Shown here piece after piece: positions 1 to 8,179 of a stretch of DNA of 49,369 nt. Within the stretch, counting starts at the first letter, position 1, and every line of letters starts with the position of its first letter. Origin of the DNA: a virus. The notes below the pieces were generated by a model. That model did no database searches and was not told the origin of the DNA. It worked only from the letters and a program-made list of their open reading frames with translations. Position numbers and translations under genes: made by a program. The stretch lies in IMG/VR virus record IMGVR_UViG_3300018079_000007. One strand, given 5' to 3'.

Positions 1-123
1 CGAAACCATCATTATAGATCAGGCGATTTTGCAACGTTCAGGTTTCCCGATTGGTCTCGTGACCCGCAGAGACATGGCGTTGCTGGCCGCCAACGAAGCC
101 GCCTGGAACACAAAGCTGCGCCG
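1..123 (+). repeat. Terminal direct repeat, copy 1 (identical to 49247..49369)
   Basis: Base-by-base comparison of both ends shows a 123/123 match. Confidence 0.95.
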
Positions 124-199
124 CTATATCCGCAAATCGCGCATCCACGATCACGGAATGGTTTACGCACCATCGGTGCGGCACCAAAAGGATGAATAG
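1..199 (+). CDS. 3' part of a hypothetical protein gene that starts at 49071 and crosses the contig junction (about 124 aa in total)
   Basis: The frame starting at base 2 is open to TAG at 197..199. It continues the frame of the ATG at 49071 once the 123-bp repeat is collapsed. Confidence 0.55.
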   Translation, partial: ETIIIDQAILQRSGFPIGLVTRRDMALLAANEAAWNTKLRRYIRKSRIHDHGMVYAPSVRHQKDE

Positions 200-280
200 T
201 GATCCTGCCGCTGACTGTATGGGCAGAAGCGCGCGCATGACATCTGAAGGGGAGCGACCGGGAGGGTTTGGAGCATAACG

Positions 281-481
281 ATGCCGCAGATGAACGTCAG
301 CGTTTTAGAACAAAATGTCATCGAGTGCATCCGTGATGCGATTGCTGACGCGGATAAAAATGCCACTCGTCATGGCACATTGGACGGGCGCGAAATTACC
401 ATTCGTGCTGTTAAGCAAAAAAATACTAGCAATATTTTCTGGGTAGTTAGCGTTCTTATTAAAAATGGCAATGATCTATGA
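281..481 (+). CDS. Hypothetical protein, 66 aa, AT-rich
   Basis: ATG preceded by GGAG. Its stop overlaps the next start (ATGA at 478). Composition is much lower in GC than the genome bulk. Confidence 0.5.
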   Translation: MPQMNVSVLEQNVIECIRDAIADADKNATRHGTLDGREITIRAVKQKNTSNIFWVVSVLIKNGNDL

Positions 482-2622
482 CACTGCGAACCAATTATAT
501 TGACATACCTATCGGTCATAATGAGGCCGGGGTTGCCGCTACTACTCGTTATGACTTTCCGGCTGTCACGTTAATCATTCCTGAATCGCCTTCTCGTACC
601 TTTCGATCTGTAGAAATTGAATTGACTTGTCGAGGTACAGAGACAGTCGCTACGAGTGTTACTGCCTGGTTGATGGGCATTAAATTAGGCGCGGTGGCTT
701 TCAATGATGTTACGATTACTTCCACGATTGCCAACACAGGCGAACAACAAACGTTATTATTTACCAGAGATGTCACTTCTTATTTTGTAACCAATTTTGG
801 AACACTCAACGAACAGACCTGTCAGGTGGGGACCTTAATAACGTCTGTCCCGGTCAATAATATCACCGCTCGGTTGCGGATTACTTACGAATATGATGAC
901 ACTGAGCAAAAAGATAGCGGGACGGCGGAATCAGGTACTGCTTCAACCCTCACTGATACGGATAAAGCCTGGACTACCGATGCTTACAAACACTGGTTTG
1001 TCAAGATTACGGGTGGAACGGGGGCGGGTCAAGTAAGGAAAATTGCTTCTAACACGGGAACTGTTTTAACCATTACACCGAACTGGACAACTAATCCTAG
1101 CAGCGACAGCACTTATGTTGTCAATTTAGGGCGTGTCAAAACAGTAGCCATTCCATTAGATGGCTATGTTGATAACTTATCGAACGCATTAGTGGAAATT
1201 GGCACTAATCAAGTGCCTTTATTAGGCACTTTCTTACCCGAAGCGGATAAGACATTTATCCAAACGTTTTTTGAAATTACGGTTAATGAAGTTCGGTCGA
1301 GTGCAACTGACTTTACCCTGGAATTAGGCTTAGATGCAGAAGCGGCGGATGCTGACGGTAATCATGAAAGCGGATTGAATAGCGCCCATTGGTATCGTCG
1401 TTTGTGGGTTAGAAATGACATGACGACGAGCGCCGTCCACGCTTTCAAGGCCGGCGGCAGCGCGACGGCTTGTTTTAACTGTTTGTCGGCAGTTCTATTT
1501 GTGACCTATTTGTACAATCATGCCGATAGCAGCACGATCCTCAATTCGCTTCAGTTGACCATGCCCAAACAATCGGATGGGTTTTTCGGCGGAACGGCGG
1601 CAGGCGATGCTCAGCGTTGGGAATTGCCATTTTATGTTGAAGAACCAGCCACTATAACGCTTGTGCAATCGGGTGTTCAGGTTCATTTTGTCGATCATGC
1701 GGTAATTACCGGACTTAATGTTCGTGTGGGCGGTCAAACTTACCGTGCCTATACCCATGCTACGGGTTCAGTTAATGCTGGCGGATTTGCTCTAGCACAA
1801 CGTTTTGATAGCGGCGGCATAGCAGGATCGGGCATAACACTAGCACGAGGGAAAAACAAATTAGTCGTAGACATTTATAGAACTGCGGTAACGTCAGGTG
1901 CGTTTGGCTCTCCATTAGGGAATCGCGTATTTTTGAATTATACCAGTGGCAAGCACAGTGCTGGTGTTGGCGCTCATGCACATAATACGTATTGGGCTTA
2001 TGAAGATCACGGCAGTCAAACAGGCAATGCTGTTTTTGAAGCCCTAAGTGCTTCTAAAGCGCCGATTATCCCAGAAACCAATTTTTCCGTTGTTAATATA
2101 GCGGTTTATGCTAATTTGGTTCACGCATTTAATGCTTTTTCAATGATTGTTGACGGAGAACTAAAATCTGGCGAGGGCGCTGAGGAAGGGTGGCTGCGAA
2201 TAGCATCAGCAACGCAGGTGAGTGATACCGAACTAGCTTGTTATGTAATTTATGACACTTATTTGTCTTCGTGGCAGCGTTGGACTGGCGATCCAGATGT
2301 TACTCGAATGGTTATTGAAACGGCACGAATTATGCGTGCTAATTTTAGTAATATTGGTCGTATTGGTTGGGGCGTGTATCTGAACTACCACACCATTACA
2401 TTCAGCTTTTCAAAGACTATCGCGTATTACACTGGCGACGGGTCAGGCATTACGGTTGATATTCATCGCGCCGATACCGAGGAAAAGGTGCTGGAACTCA
2501 CCACCGTAGCGGGCGGTACATTTAGCGGCGTCTGGTACGACGATACAGTTGCTTTGTACGCCGTTGCCCGTCAAAGCGATACCAAGGTTGGGCGCAGCGC
2601 CAACTTCATCGCGGGTAGTTAA
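478..2622 (+). CDS. Large hypothetical virion-associated or host-recognition candidate, 714 aa
   Basis: Long ORF translationally coupled to its neighbours. It contains a Thr/Gly-rich segment (GTASTLTDTDKAWTTDAYKHWFVKITGGTGAGQVRKIASNTGTVLTITPNWTT). It sits in the late operon. No family was recognised. Confidence 0.6.
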   Translation: MTLRTNYIDIPIGHNEAGVAATTRYDFPAVTLIIPESPSRTFRSVEIELTCRGTETVATSVTAWLMGIKLGAVAFNDVTITSTIANTGEQQTLLFTRDVTSYFVTNFGTLNEQTCQVGTLITSVPVNNITARLRITYEYDDTEQKDSGTAESGTASTLTDTDKAWTTDAYKHWFVKITGGTGAGQVRKIASNTGTVLTITPNWTTNPSSDSTYVVNLGRVKTVAIPLDGYVDNLSNALVEIGTNQVPLLGTFLPEADKTFIQTFFEITVNEVRSSATDFTLELGLDAEAADADGNHESGLNSAHWYRRLWVRNDMTTSAVHAFKAGGSATACFNCLSAVLFVTYLYNHADSSTILNSLQLTMPKQSDGFFGGTAAGDAQRWELPFYVEEPATITLVQSGVQVHFVDHAVITGLNVRVGGQTYRAYTHATGSVNAGGFALAQRFDSGGIAGSGITLARGKNKLVVDIYRTAVTSGAFGSPLGNRVFLNYTSGKHSAGVGAHAHNTYWAYEDHGSQTGNAVFEALSASKAPIIPETNFSVVNIAVYANLVHAFNAFSMIVDGELKSGEGAEEGWLRIASATQVSDTELACYVIYDTYLSSWQRWTGDPDVTRMVIETARIMRANFSNIGRIGWGVYLNYHTITFSFSKTIAYYTGDGSGITVDIHRADTEEKVLELTTVAGGTFSGVWYDDTVALYAVARQSDTKVGRSANFIAGS

Positions 2623-2624
2623 TC

Positions 2625-3365
2625 ATGCCTTACGATATTGCCTTACGCGATCCCAGCCTGAGCGGAGCGAGCATTGTTTTTGATGATGTCGTCTTCGCCA
2701 ACCTGATCGCCACTCAAGAAACGTTTTATAGCGCCACCGTAATCTATATCGTATCCGCCAACTTCATCGCTTCCTCAGAGACATTCTTCAATGCCGGCGT
2801 CACCCAAACGGGCGGCGGCGATACCGTCAGCGCGAATTTTATCGCCGCCGAAGAAACTTTTTACAACGCCAGTGTCACGCCGGGGGCAGTGTCGATTGCG
2901 GCTGATTTTATCGCTTCCGCTGAGACCTTTTATAATGCGACAGTTACACCCGGCGCGGTGTCGATCCAGGCGAATTTTATCGCCGCCGTCGAAATCTTTT
3001 ACGAGGCCGCTATCCAGACCGGCACAGCAATCAACGCCAACTTCATCGCTTCCGAAGAGACCTTTTATCTGGCGGCGGTGCAGCCCGGCGCAGTCAATGT
3101 CGCGACCCACTTCATCCCCTCCGGGGAACAATTTTACACGGCAGCAGTAGTCGTCGGCGCGGTGTCAATCAACGCCAACTTCATCGCTTCCGAAGAGACC
3201 TTTTATCTGGCGGCGATTGCCGGTGGAGCCGTAGTCGAGCTGGCGGGCAGCGGTGCGGTTACGATCCTGTCGGCAGGTGGTGGCAATATCGATATTTTAT
3301 CGGCGGGCGGTGGCGGTATCGTGCTGCTCTCCATCGGTGAGGGCGAGTTGGAGGTGATTCCATGA
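2625..3365 (+). CDS. Tandem-repeat protein, 246 aa (about 8 units of roughly 23 aa, consensus ANFIASEETFYxAxVxPGAVSIx)
   Basis: The repeat is visible in the translation and in the DNA. The C-terminus carries short ILSAGGG repeats. Confidence 0.7.
   Translation: MPYDIALRDPSLSGASIVFDDVVFANLIATQETFYSATVIYIVSANFIASSETFFNAGVTQTGGGDTVSANFIAAEETFYNASVTPGAVSIAADFIASAETFYNATVTPGAVSIQANFIAAVEIFYEAAIQTGTAINANFIASEETFYLAAVQPGAVNVATHFIPSGEQFYTAAVVVGAVSINANFIASEETFYLAAIAGGAVVELAGSGAVTILSAGGGNIDILSAGGGGIVLLSIGEGELEVIP
2697..3240 (+). repeat. In-frame tandem repeat array, period about 69 bp, about 8 copies
   Basis: GCCAACTTCATCGCTTCCGAAGAGACCTTTTATCTGGCGGCG occurs twice exactly (about 3034 and 3174). The other units are diverged copies. 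Confidence 0.85.
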
Positions 3366-3673
3366 CTCAATATCTGGTGGGGCAAACGAAACGCATTCAG
3401 GATACGTTCACCAATGCCGCTGGGGTGGTGGCCGATCCGACGACGATCCAGCTTCGCATCGGCGTATACCTGGCAGATGGCTCGGTGGACACGCTGCAAA
3501 CCTACACTTATGCCGCCGCGCAGCTCATCAAAGCCAGCACCGGCGTCTATTACAAGGATTACACCTTTGTCCAGGCCGGGCGGCATGTGTTGGAATTCAC
3601 CACCAGCGGCACGCCGACGACGGTGGACATCCTGGAAATTGATGTGGCGACGCCCTTGACGTGGGTGGCGTAA
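3362..3673 (+). CDS. Hypothetical protein, 103 aa
   Basis: ATGA overlap with the upstream stop and TAATG overlap with the downstream start. Confidence 0.6.
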   Translation: MTQYLVGQTKRIQDTFTNAAGVVADPTTIQLRIGVYLADGSVDTLQTYTYAAAQLIKASTGVYYKDYTFVQAGRHVLEFTTSGTPTTVDILEIDVATPLTWVA

Positions 3674-4764
3674 TGCAGGTTATTGGCAGCAACCGGCCCC
3701 TGGTAATCGCCCAGGCGGGGATGCGCCGTGATAGCACCCGCCTGCTGCGCACGGCAACCCTAAAGGCGCTCGGCACGCTGCTGGCTTATACTGGCGCGGA
3801 TGGCCGGATTCAGGAGCGCTTTGAGCGCCGGGTACAGACCAGTGTCGGCCAAACGATCAGCGACCTGTTTACCGGAGGCGATAACCGCTCCGCCTTCGCC
3901 GAGGACGGTGTGACGGCGTTGGCACCCTACCCGCGCGCGCTCAACTACTGGATCGCCTTTGCCACCTATCAGGCTGTGAAGCAGCAGGAAAATTGGCTGC
4001 GGCGGCATCTGCCGGAGGATGTGTATCACTTCCTGCGCCGGGGACGGCGGACGGTGAGCGAGATCAGCGCCGAGGGTTTGACCGGCATGATCCCGGCGCA
4101 GATTGACCCGCTGCGGCAGTGGGTGCCGCCGCACCGCTGGACGGATGAGCGCGGCTACCGGCTGTCGGATCGCATCTGGCGGACGGACACGGAGACGCGG
4201 CGTAAGATCGACGAGTTGCTGGCGCGCGGCGTCCGTGTCGGCCAATCGTCGTTGAACCTCTCGGCAGCGCTGGAAGCCTATTTACTGCCGGGGCGTAGCG
4301 GCATCCGTACCCTGAAGCCGTATGGATCACGTTACCAGCCGGGCGGCGCATCCTTTGATGCCATGCGCCTGAGCCGGACGGAGATCAGCCACACCTTTAA
4401 TGAAGCCGCGCTCATCAGCGCTCAGATGAATCCGTTTGTGGATCGCATCGACGTGGCGCGCTCGGCTAATGGCGACCCGACCTGCGCCATTTGCCCGCAG
4501 CACGCCACCATCGGCATCAGCGGCGAACGGATCCGGCCACCCTATTCGGTTTACAGCGCCCGAATCGGACCGTTTCATCCGCATTGTCGGTGCCATGTCC
4601 GGCCTGTCGTGGTCGAGGACACAGCGGGTGTGATCGCCGAGTTACGGGCGCTGATCGAAAGCGGCGAAGACATCTATTTGAACCCGGCGGATGACTGGGA
4701 TTTCCTGATCTGGCTCATCGGGCCTGCCCTGGCCGAGTTACTGCGGGAATTGATGGCGGCGTGA
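3673..4764 (+). CDS. Minor head / head morphogenesis protein, SPP1 gp7 (Mu F)-like
   Basis: C-terminal motif GPFHPHCRCHVRPV matches the HPxCRC signature of gp7/Mu F-type proteins. The ATG at 3673 overlaps the upstream TAA. The ORF track's GTG at 3661 is an alternative start. Confidence 0.7.
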   Translation: MQVIGSNRPLVIAQAGMRRDSTRLLRTATLKALGTLLAYTGADGRIQERFERRVQTSVGQTISDLFTGGDNRSAFAEDGVTALAPYPRALNYWIAFATYQAVKQQENWLRRHLPEDVYHFLRRGRRTVSEISAEGLTGMIPAQIDPLRQWVPPHRWTDERGYRLSDRIWRTDTETRRKIDELLARGVRVGQSSLNLSAALEAYLLPGRSGIRTLKPYGSRYQPGGASFDAMRLSRTEISHTFNEAALISAQMNPFVDRIDVARSANGDPTCAICPQHATIGISGERIRPPYSVYSARIGPFHPHCRCHVRPVVVEDTAGVIAELRALIESGEDIYLNPADDWDFLIWLIGPALAELLRELMAA

Positions 4765-4808
4765 GGAAATGGCTACACAAAGCGGTCATCGACGATTAAA
4801 ATAGATAC

Positions 4809-5255
4809 ATGACAGAAATTACTTACGTGTTTGGCGCTTGCGATTGCGCCGAGTGCCAATCATACTGTTTACGCCCGTGCTGGCCGACGCCGGAAGAAGC
4901 CATGCAGTTAATGGACGCAGGCTACGGCAGCCGCCTGATGCTGGATTGGTGGCAAGGGAATAAGGGCGACAAGTCGATTGCCATTCTGTGCGGCGCGTTG
5001 AAGGGCCATGAGGGTAAGATAACCCCCTACTGGCCGAAGTCCGATGAAGGCTGCACCTTCTACGTGAATGGCCGATGCCAGTTGCATCAGCCAGGACTGA
5101 AACCATTAGAAGGTCGAGTCGCTCACCACGCGCAAAGCTATGAACATCAGCAGATGCTTCATAGCAGCATTCCGCCAATGTGGGATTGCGAATTGGGCTT
5201 ACAAGCTATCGAACGCTGGCGTTCCATTACAGGCGAGCAAGATAATCCATTTTAG
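4809..5255 (+). CDS. Cysteine-rich hypothetical protein, 148 aa (possibly a YkgJ-like metal-binding domain)
   Basis: Has CDCAECQSYCLRPC and CTFYVNGRCQLHQPGLKP motifs. The family assignment is tentative. Confidence 0.5.
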   Translation: MTEITYVFGACDCAECQSYCLRPCWPTPEEAMQLMDAGYGSRLMLDWWQGNKGDKSIAILCGALKGHEGKITPYWPKSDEGCTFYVNGRCQLHQPGLKPLEGRVAHHAQSYEHQQMLHSSIPPMWDCELGLQAIERWRSITGEQDNPF

Positions 5256-5288
5256 CTCGCGGCGTGATTGACACGATTTGCAAACATC

Positions 5289-5370
5289 TGTGCTATAATA
5301 CAAAATATATGAAATAAACAGGCGCGGCCTGTATACCCTCTCTTGGGGTGTGCAGGTCGCGTTTTCGTTT
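5289..5370 (+). promoter_or_regulatory. Cassette A: extended -10 promoter motif TGTGCTATAAT (5289..5299) followed by hairpin (arms 5323..5331 / 5353..5361) and T-run 5362..5370
   Basis: Read directly from the sequence. It shares motif and architecture with copies at 13992, 16269, 22983 and 45060. Confidence 0.6.
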
Positions 5371-5381
5371 AAGGGGTTAGG

Positions 5382-6515
5382 ATGCCTGAAGTTTTAGCCG
5401 AGATGTCCTGGTCTTTTGCGGGTAAGCCGCCCGACGTACCGCTCTCATCGGAGATCGAGGTCGAGGAGTGGCGCTCTGGCAGCGATGATCCGGCGAACAA
5501 ACCGATGTTCGTCACGCTGCCCTTGTTGAAAGTGGGCGTTCGTTCGCAGAACGGCCTGCCCTGGGATAAACCCAGCGCCCTGCGCGTGGTGCAGGAGATC
5601 AACACCAAACGACCCGATGGCAATCTCGGCCACCTCCCCGCCGAAAAACGCTCCACTGATTACAGTCTACCTGTCCTGCGCTGGCTCGGCGCGATGCTGG
5701 ACGAGAAAACCGGGCTGGTGTGGGGCAAGGCGTATGTGCCGAAATACGCGCAGGACGTGCGCGAATTTTTGGCCGACGCCAAACGCGCCCGCGCGCGGGT
5801 GGGGACGAGTGTCTACGGCGTGAAGGGTAACAAGGGTCTCTCCGACATGAATTTGGAGAGCGTAGACCTGGGCCATCCTGATCGGGTGTCGCACCCGGAT
5901 GCGGCAGCAGTGCCGCATCTCACCGCCGAGATGAAAGACGATTCCAACGACCATAAGAACGGGGAGGATAACCCGATGACCGAGCAAGTGGACTCGAAAC
6001 TGGTCAGCGAACTCATCCAGGGTAAGGTGGATGCCTTGTCGCAGGTGAGCGCCTTAACGACCAAAGTCGGCGAGAAGGACAGCCTGATCGCCGAGATGAA
6101 GGGCAAGGTTGAAACCCTGTCCAGCATCGAACAGTTGGTGGCCGAATTCCAGGGCGCGACCCCGGTTGAGAAGCTGAATAAGCTGATCGCAGAGTTGCGT
6201 GACCTGCGCCAGAAGAATCAGCAGGCTCAGATTGACGGCTGGATCGCGGATGCGGTCAAAGCAGTTGAACTGGAAGCCCTGCGCCCGACCATCATCGCCC
6301 AGATGGGGACGGTGGACAGCGCCGACAAGGCCAAGTCGCGTGTGGCTGAATTGCAGGCGCGCGAGGACATCAAACTCATCGCCGAAGCGCTGGTGGCTAA
6401 TCAGGCCGGGCCGAACGCTTTCACCGGCGGCAAAGACCGGGACGGAAATAACCCATTCAAAGACCTGAACAAACCGGAAACCATCGCCGAAGCGCGCGCA
6501 TCGCTGGGTATATAG
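5382..6515 (+). CDS. Candidate prohead protease/scaffolding fusion protein, 377 aa
   Basis: It lies between the minor head protein and the capsid genes. The C-terminal half looks like a coiled coil (KLVSELIQGKVDALSQV...LIAELRDLRQKNQQAQ). The N-terminal region has GHL and TSVYG motifs that could supply a His/Ser pair. Confidence 0.5.
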   Translation: MPEVLAEMSWSFAGKPPDVPLSSEIEVEEWRSGSDDPANKPMFVTLPLLKVGVRSQNGLPWDKPSALRVVQEINTKRPDGNLGHLPAEKRSTDYSLPVLRWLGAMLDEKTGLVWGKAYVPKYAQDVREFLADAKRARARVGTSVYGVKGNKGLSDMNLESVDLGHPDRVSHPDAAAVPHLTAEMKDDSNDHKNGEDNPMTEQVDSKLVSELIQGKVDALSQVSALTTKVGEKDSLIAEMKGKVETLSSIEQLVAEFQGATPVEKLNKLIAELRDLRQKNQQAQIDGWIADAVKAVELEALRPTIIAQMGTVDSADKAKSRVAELQAREDIKLIAEALVANQAGPNAFTGGKDRDGNNPFKDLNKPETIAEARASLGI

Positions 6516-6529
6516 GGAGGGTTTAGACA

Positions 6530-6967
6530 ATGGCTGTTACAGCAGCGAAAGTCCGCGCCCTGGAAGGCGCGACTCTACGGCAAGCCGTCGCCAATGCGAC
6601 CATTAACATGGGCGACACGTTCTACATCGCCGACGACCAGGACAACATCCTGCCCAAAGTGGCGCAGGGGGATGCTAACGTGAGCGCGCTGATCGCCAAT
6701 GTTCGCGGCGTGGTCACGGCGGTCTCGCGCGAAGGTGAAACCCAGGCGTTGGCCGGTGACGGGATCACGGTTTGTGTTTTCGGGCCGGTGGCCGGATTCA
6801 GCGGTCTGACGCCCGGAGTGCGTCAGTTTCAAAGCAGTACGGCGGGCGCGATCACCGAAACCGCCCCAACGGGCGCGGGTACGTGGACAGCGCCAGTCGG
6901 TTACGCCGAAAGCGATGGCGTCCTGTTCGTTCTGCCTGGCCTGCAAGCGCCAGCCAGCAATAGTTAA
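6530..6967 (+). CDS. Candidate head decoration / capsid-associated protein, 145 aa
   Basis: Strong RBS GGGAGGG. It lies immediately upstream of the major capsid gene. The call is mainly positional. Confidence 0.4.
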   Translation: MAVTAAKVRALEGATLRQAVANATINMGDTFYIADDQDNILPKVAQGDANVSALIANVRGVVTAVSREGETQALAGDGITVCVFGPVAGFSGLTPGVRQFQSSTAGAITETAPTGAGTWTAPVGYAESDGVLFVLPGLQAPASNS

Positions 6968-6982
6968 GGGGAGGAATAAGAC

Positions 6983-8113
6983 ATGGCAGAAGTTTTGGGG
7001 CCAATGAGTATCGCCCTACGGGCACTCCCCACTGGCGTGGATGGGGTTAAGCTGGCGCAATGGCGACTGCGTGAAGGCGTGACGGTGCAGCAGTTCATCG
7101 CGCGCACAGCGGCGGCATTGGGCGGCATTAATCAGGAATTTGTGCAAAAGTGGGGCTGGTTGTTCTCGATCACCGAGATGGATCATTTCGAGTACCCCGA
7201 CGGCGGGACAGTGACAGAACTGCCGGAAATCACCGACATGGACGACCCGGACATGATGCACGGGACGACCATCGGCCATCAGATCGACCTGCGGCCATAC
7301 GGCGGGGCGATTGGCGGCTCGCGGCGCTATTTCCGGGATGCCCGGCAGCCGCAAATCGAGAGTACACTGCGCGTCATCGTCAACCGGGCGAAGTGGCGCT
7401 TTGAACGCAAGCTGTTCACCCGCCTATTCACCAACACCGAAAACGCGATTGGTGCCAGCGGCTATGATGTGCCGTTTGTGCGTGGCAGCGGCGGCAATGT
7501 CGATTTTGTGCCAGCGGCTTATGGTGGACAAGCCTTCGACACAAGCCATGATCACTTCCTGGGCATCGACAGCGACACCAAACAGCGCGACGAACTCCTG
7601 AACGAGATGGCGGAAACGCTGGAAGAACATGGGCACACCGCGCCATTCACCGCACTGGTGAGCCGCGCTGACGTGGCAGCCTACGCAGTACTGACGGGTT
7701 TTGTTAAGTTCACGGCGGATGTGGTGACGGTGATCGATCGGGGCGCGGAGTCGAGCGGCAACCAACTGTTCGCGCGCGGCACGCCGATGGTGACGGATGG
7801 CGCATTCGGCTACTTCCAGAGCGATTATGGGCTGATCGAACTGCGGGCTTACAACCGGGTTCCGGCCAACTACGGCGCGATGGTCAAGAGCTACGGCCAA
7901 CTCGACCAGCGCAACTCGATTGCAGTGCGCGTCCATCCCGACGAAGGCTTCGGGCTGGCGATTATGGCCGAGAAGACCGGTGATGACAAATACCCGCTGA
8001 AGAAGCTGAACATCGAATTCGAGTTCGGCGTGAGCGTGGGCGAAGACCGTACCAATGGCGCGGCAGCCTTCCTGGATGCCACTGGCAACTGGACGAATCC
8101 CTCCATTGGGTAG
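6983..8113 (+). CDS. Major capsid protein candidate, 376 aa
   Basis: RBS GGGGAGG, typical size and typical position after the scaffold and decoration genes. It is followed by a strong intrinsic terminator. Confidence 0.65.
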   Translation: MAEVLGPMSIALRALPTGVDGVKLAQWRLREGVTVQQFIARTAAALGGINQEFVQKWGWLFSITEMDHFEYPDGGTVTELPEITDMDDPDMMHGTTIGHQIDLRPYGGAIGGSRRYFRDARQPQIESTLRVIVNRAKWRFERKLFTRLFTNTENAIGASGYDVPFVRGSGGNVDFVPAAYGGQAFDTSHDHFLGIDSDTKQRDELLNEMAETLEEHGHTAPFTALVSRADVAAYAVLTGFVKFTADVVTVIDRGAESSGNQLFARGTPMVTDGAFGYFQSDYGLIELRAYNRVPANYGAMVKSYGQLDQRNSIAVRVHPDEGFGLAIMAEKTGDDKYPLKKLNIEFEFGVSVGEDRTNGAAAFLDATGNWTNPSIG

Positions 8114-8139
8114 CCGGACAATCCTCGTTTGACGTTCTA

Positions 8140-8166
8140 GGGGAGGGTTTGAAACCCTCCCCTTTT
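8140..8166 (+). terminator. Intrinsic terminator after the capsid gene
   Basis: Perfect 8-bp stem GGGGAGGG / CCCTCCCC (8140..8147 / 8155..8162), 7-nt loop, then TTTT. Confidence 0.7.
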
Positions 8167-8179
8167 AACCTCACGGAGT

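Noticed and set aside
2697-3240. The regular 69-bp repeat array could be mistaken for a CRISPR array.
   Set aside because: The units are contiguous with no unique spacers. They are in frame inside a CDS and diverged at the protein level. No cas genes or leader are present.
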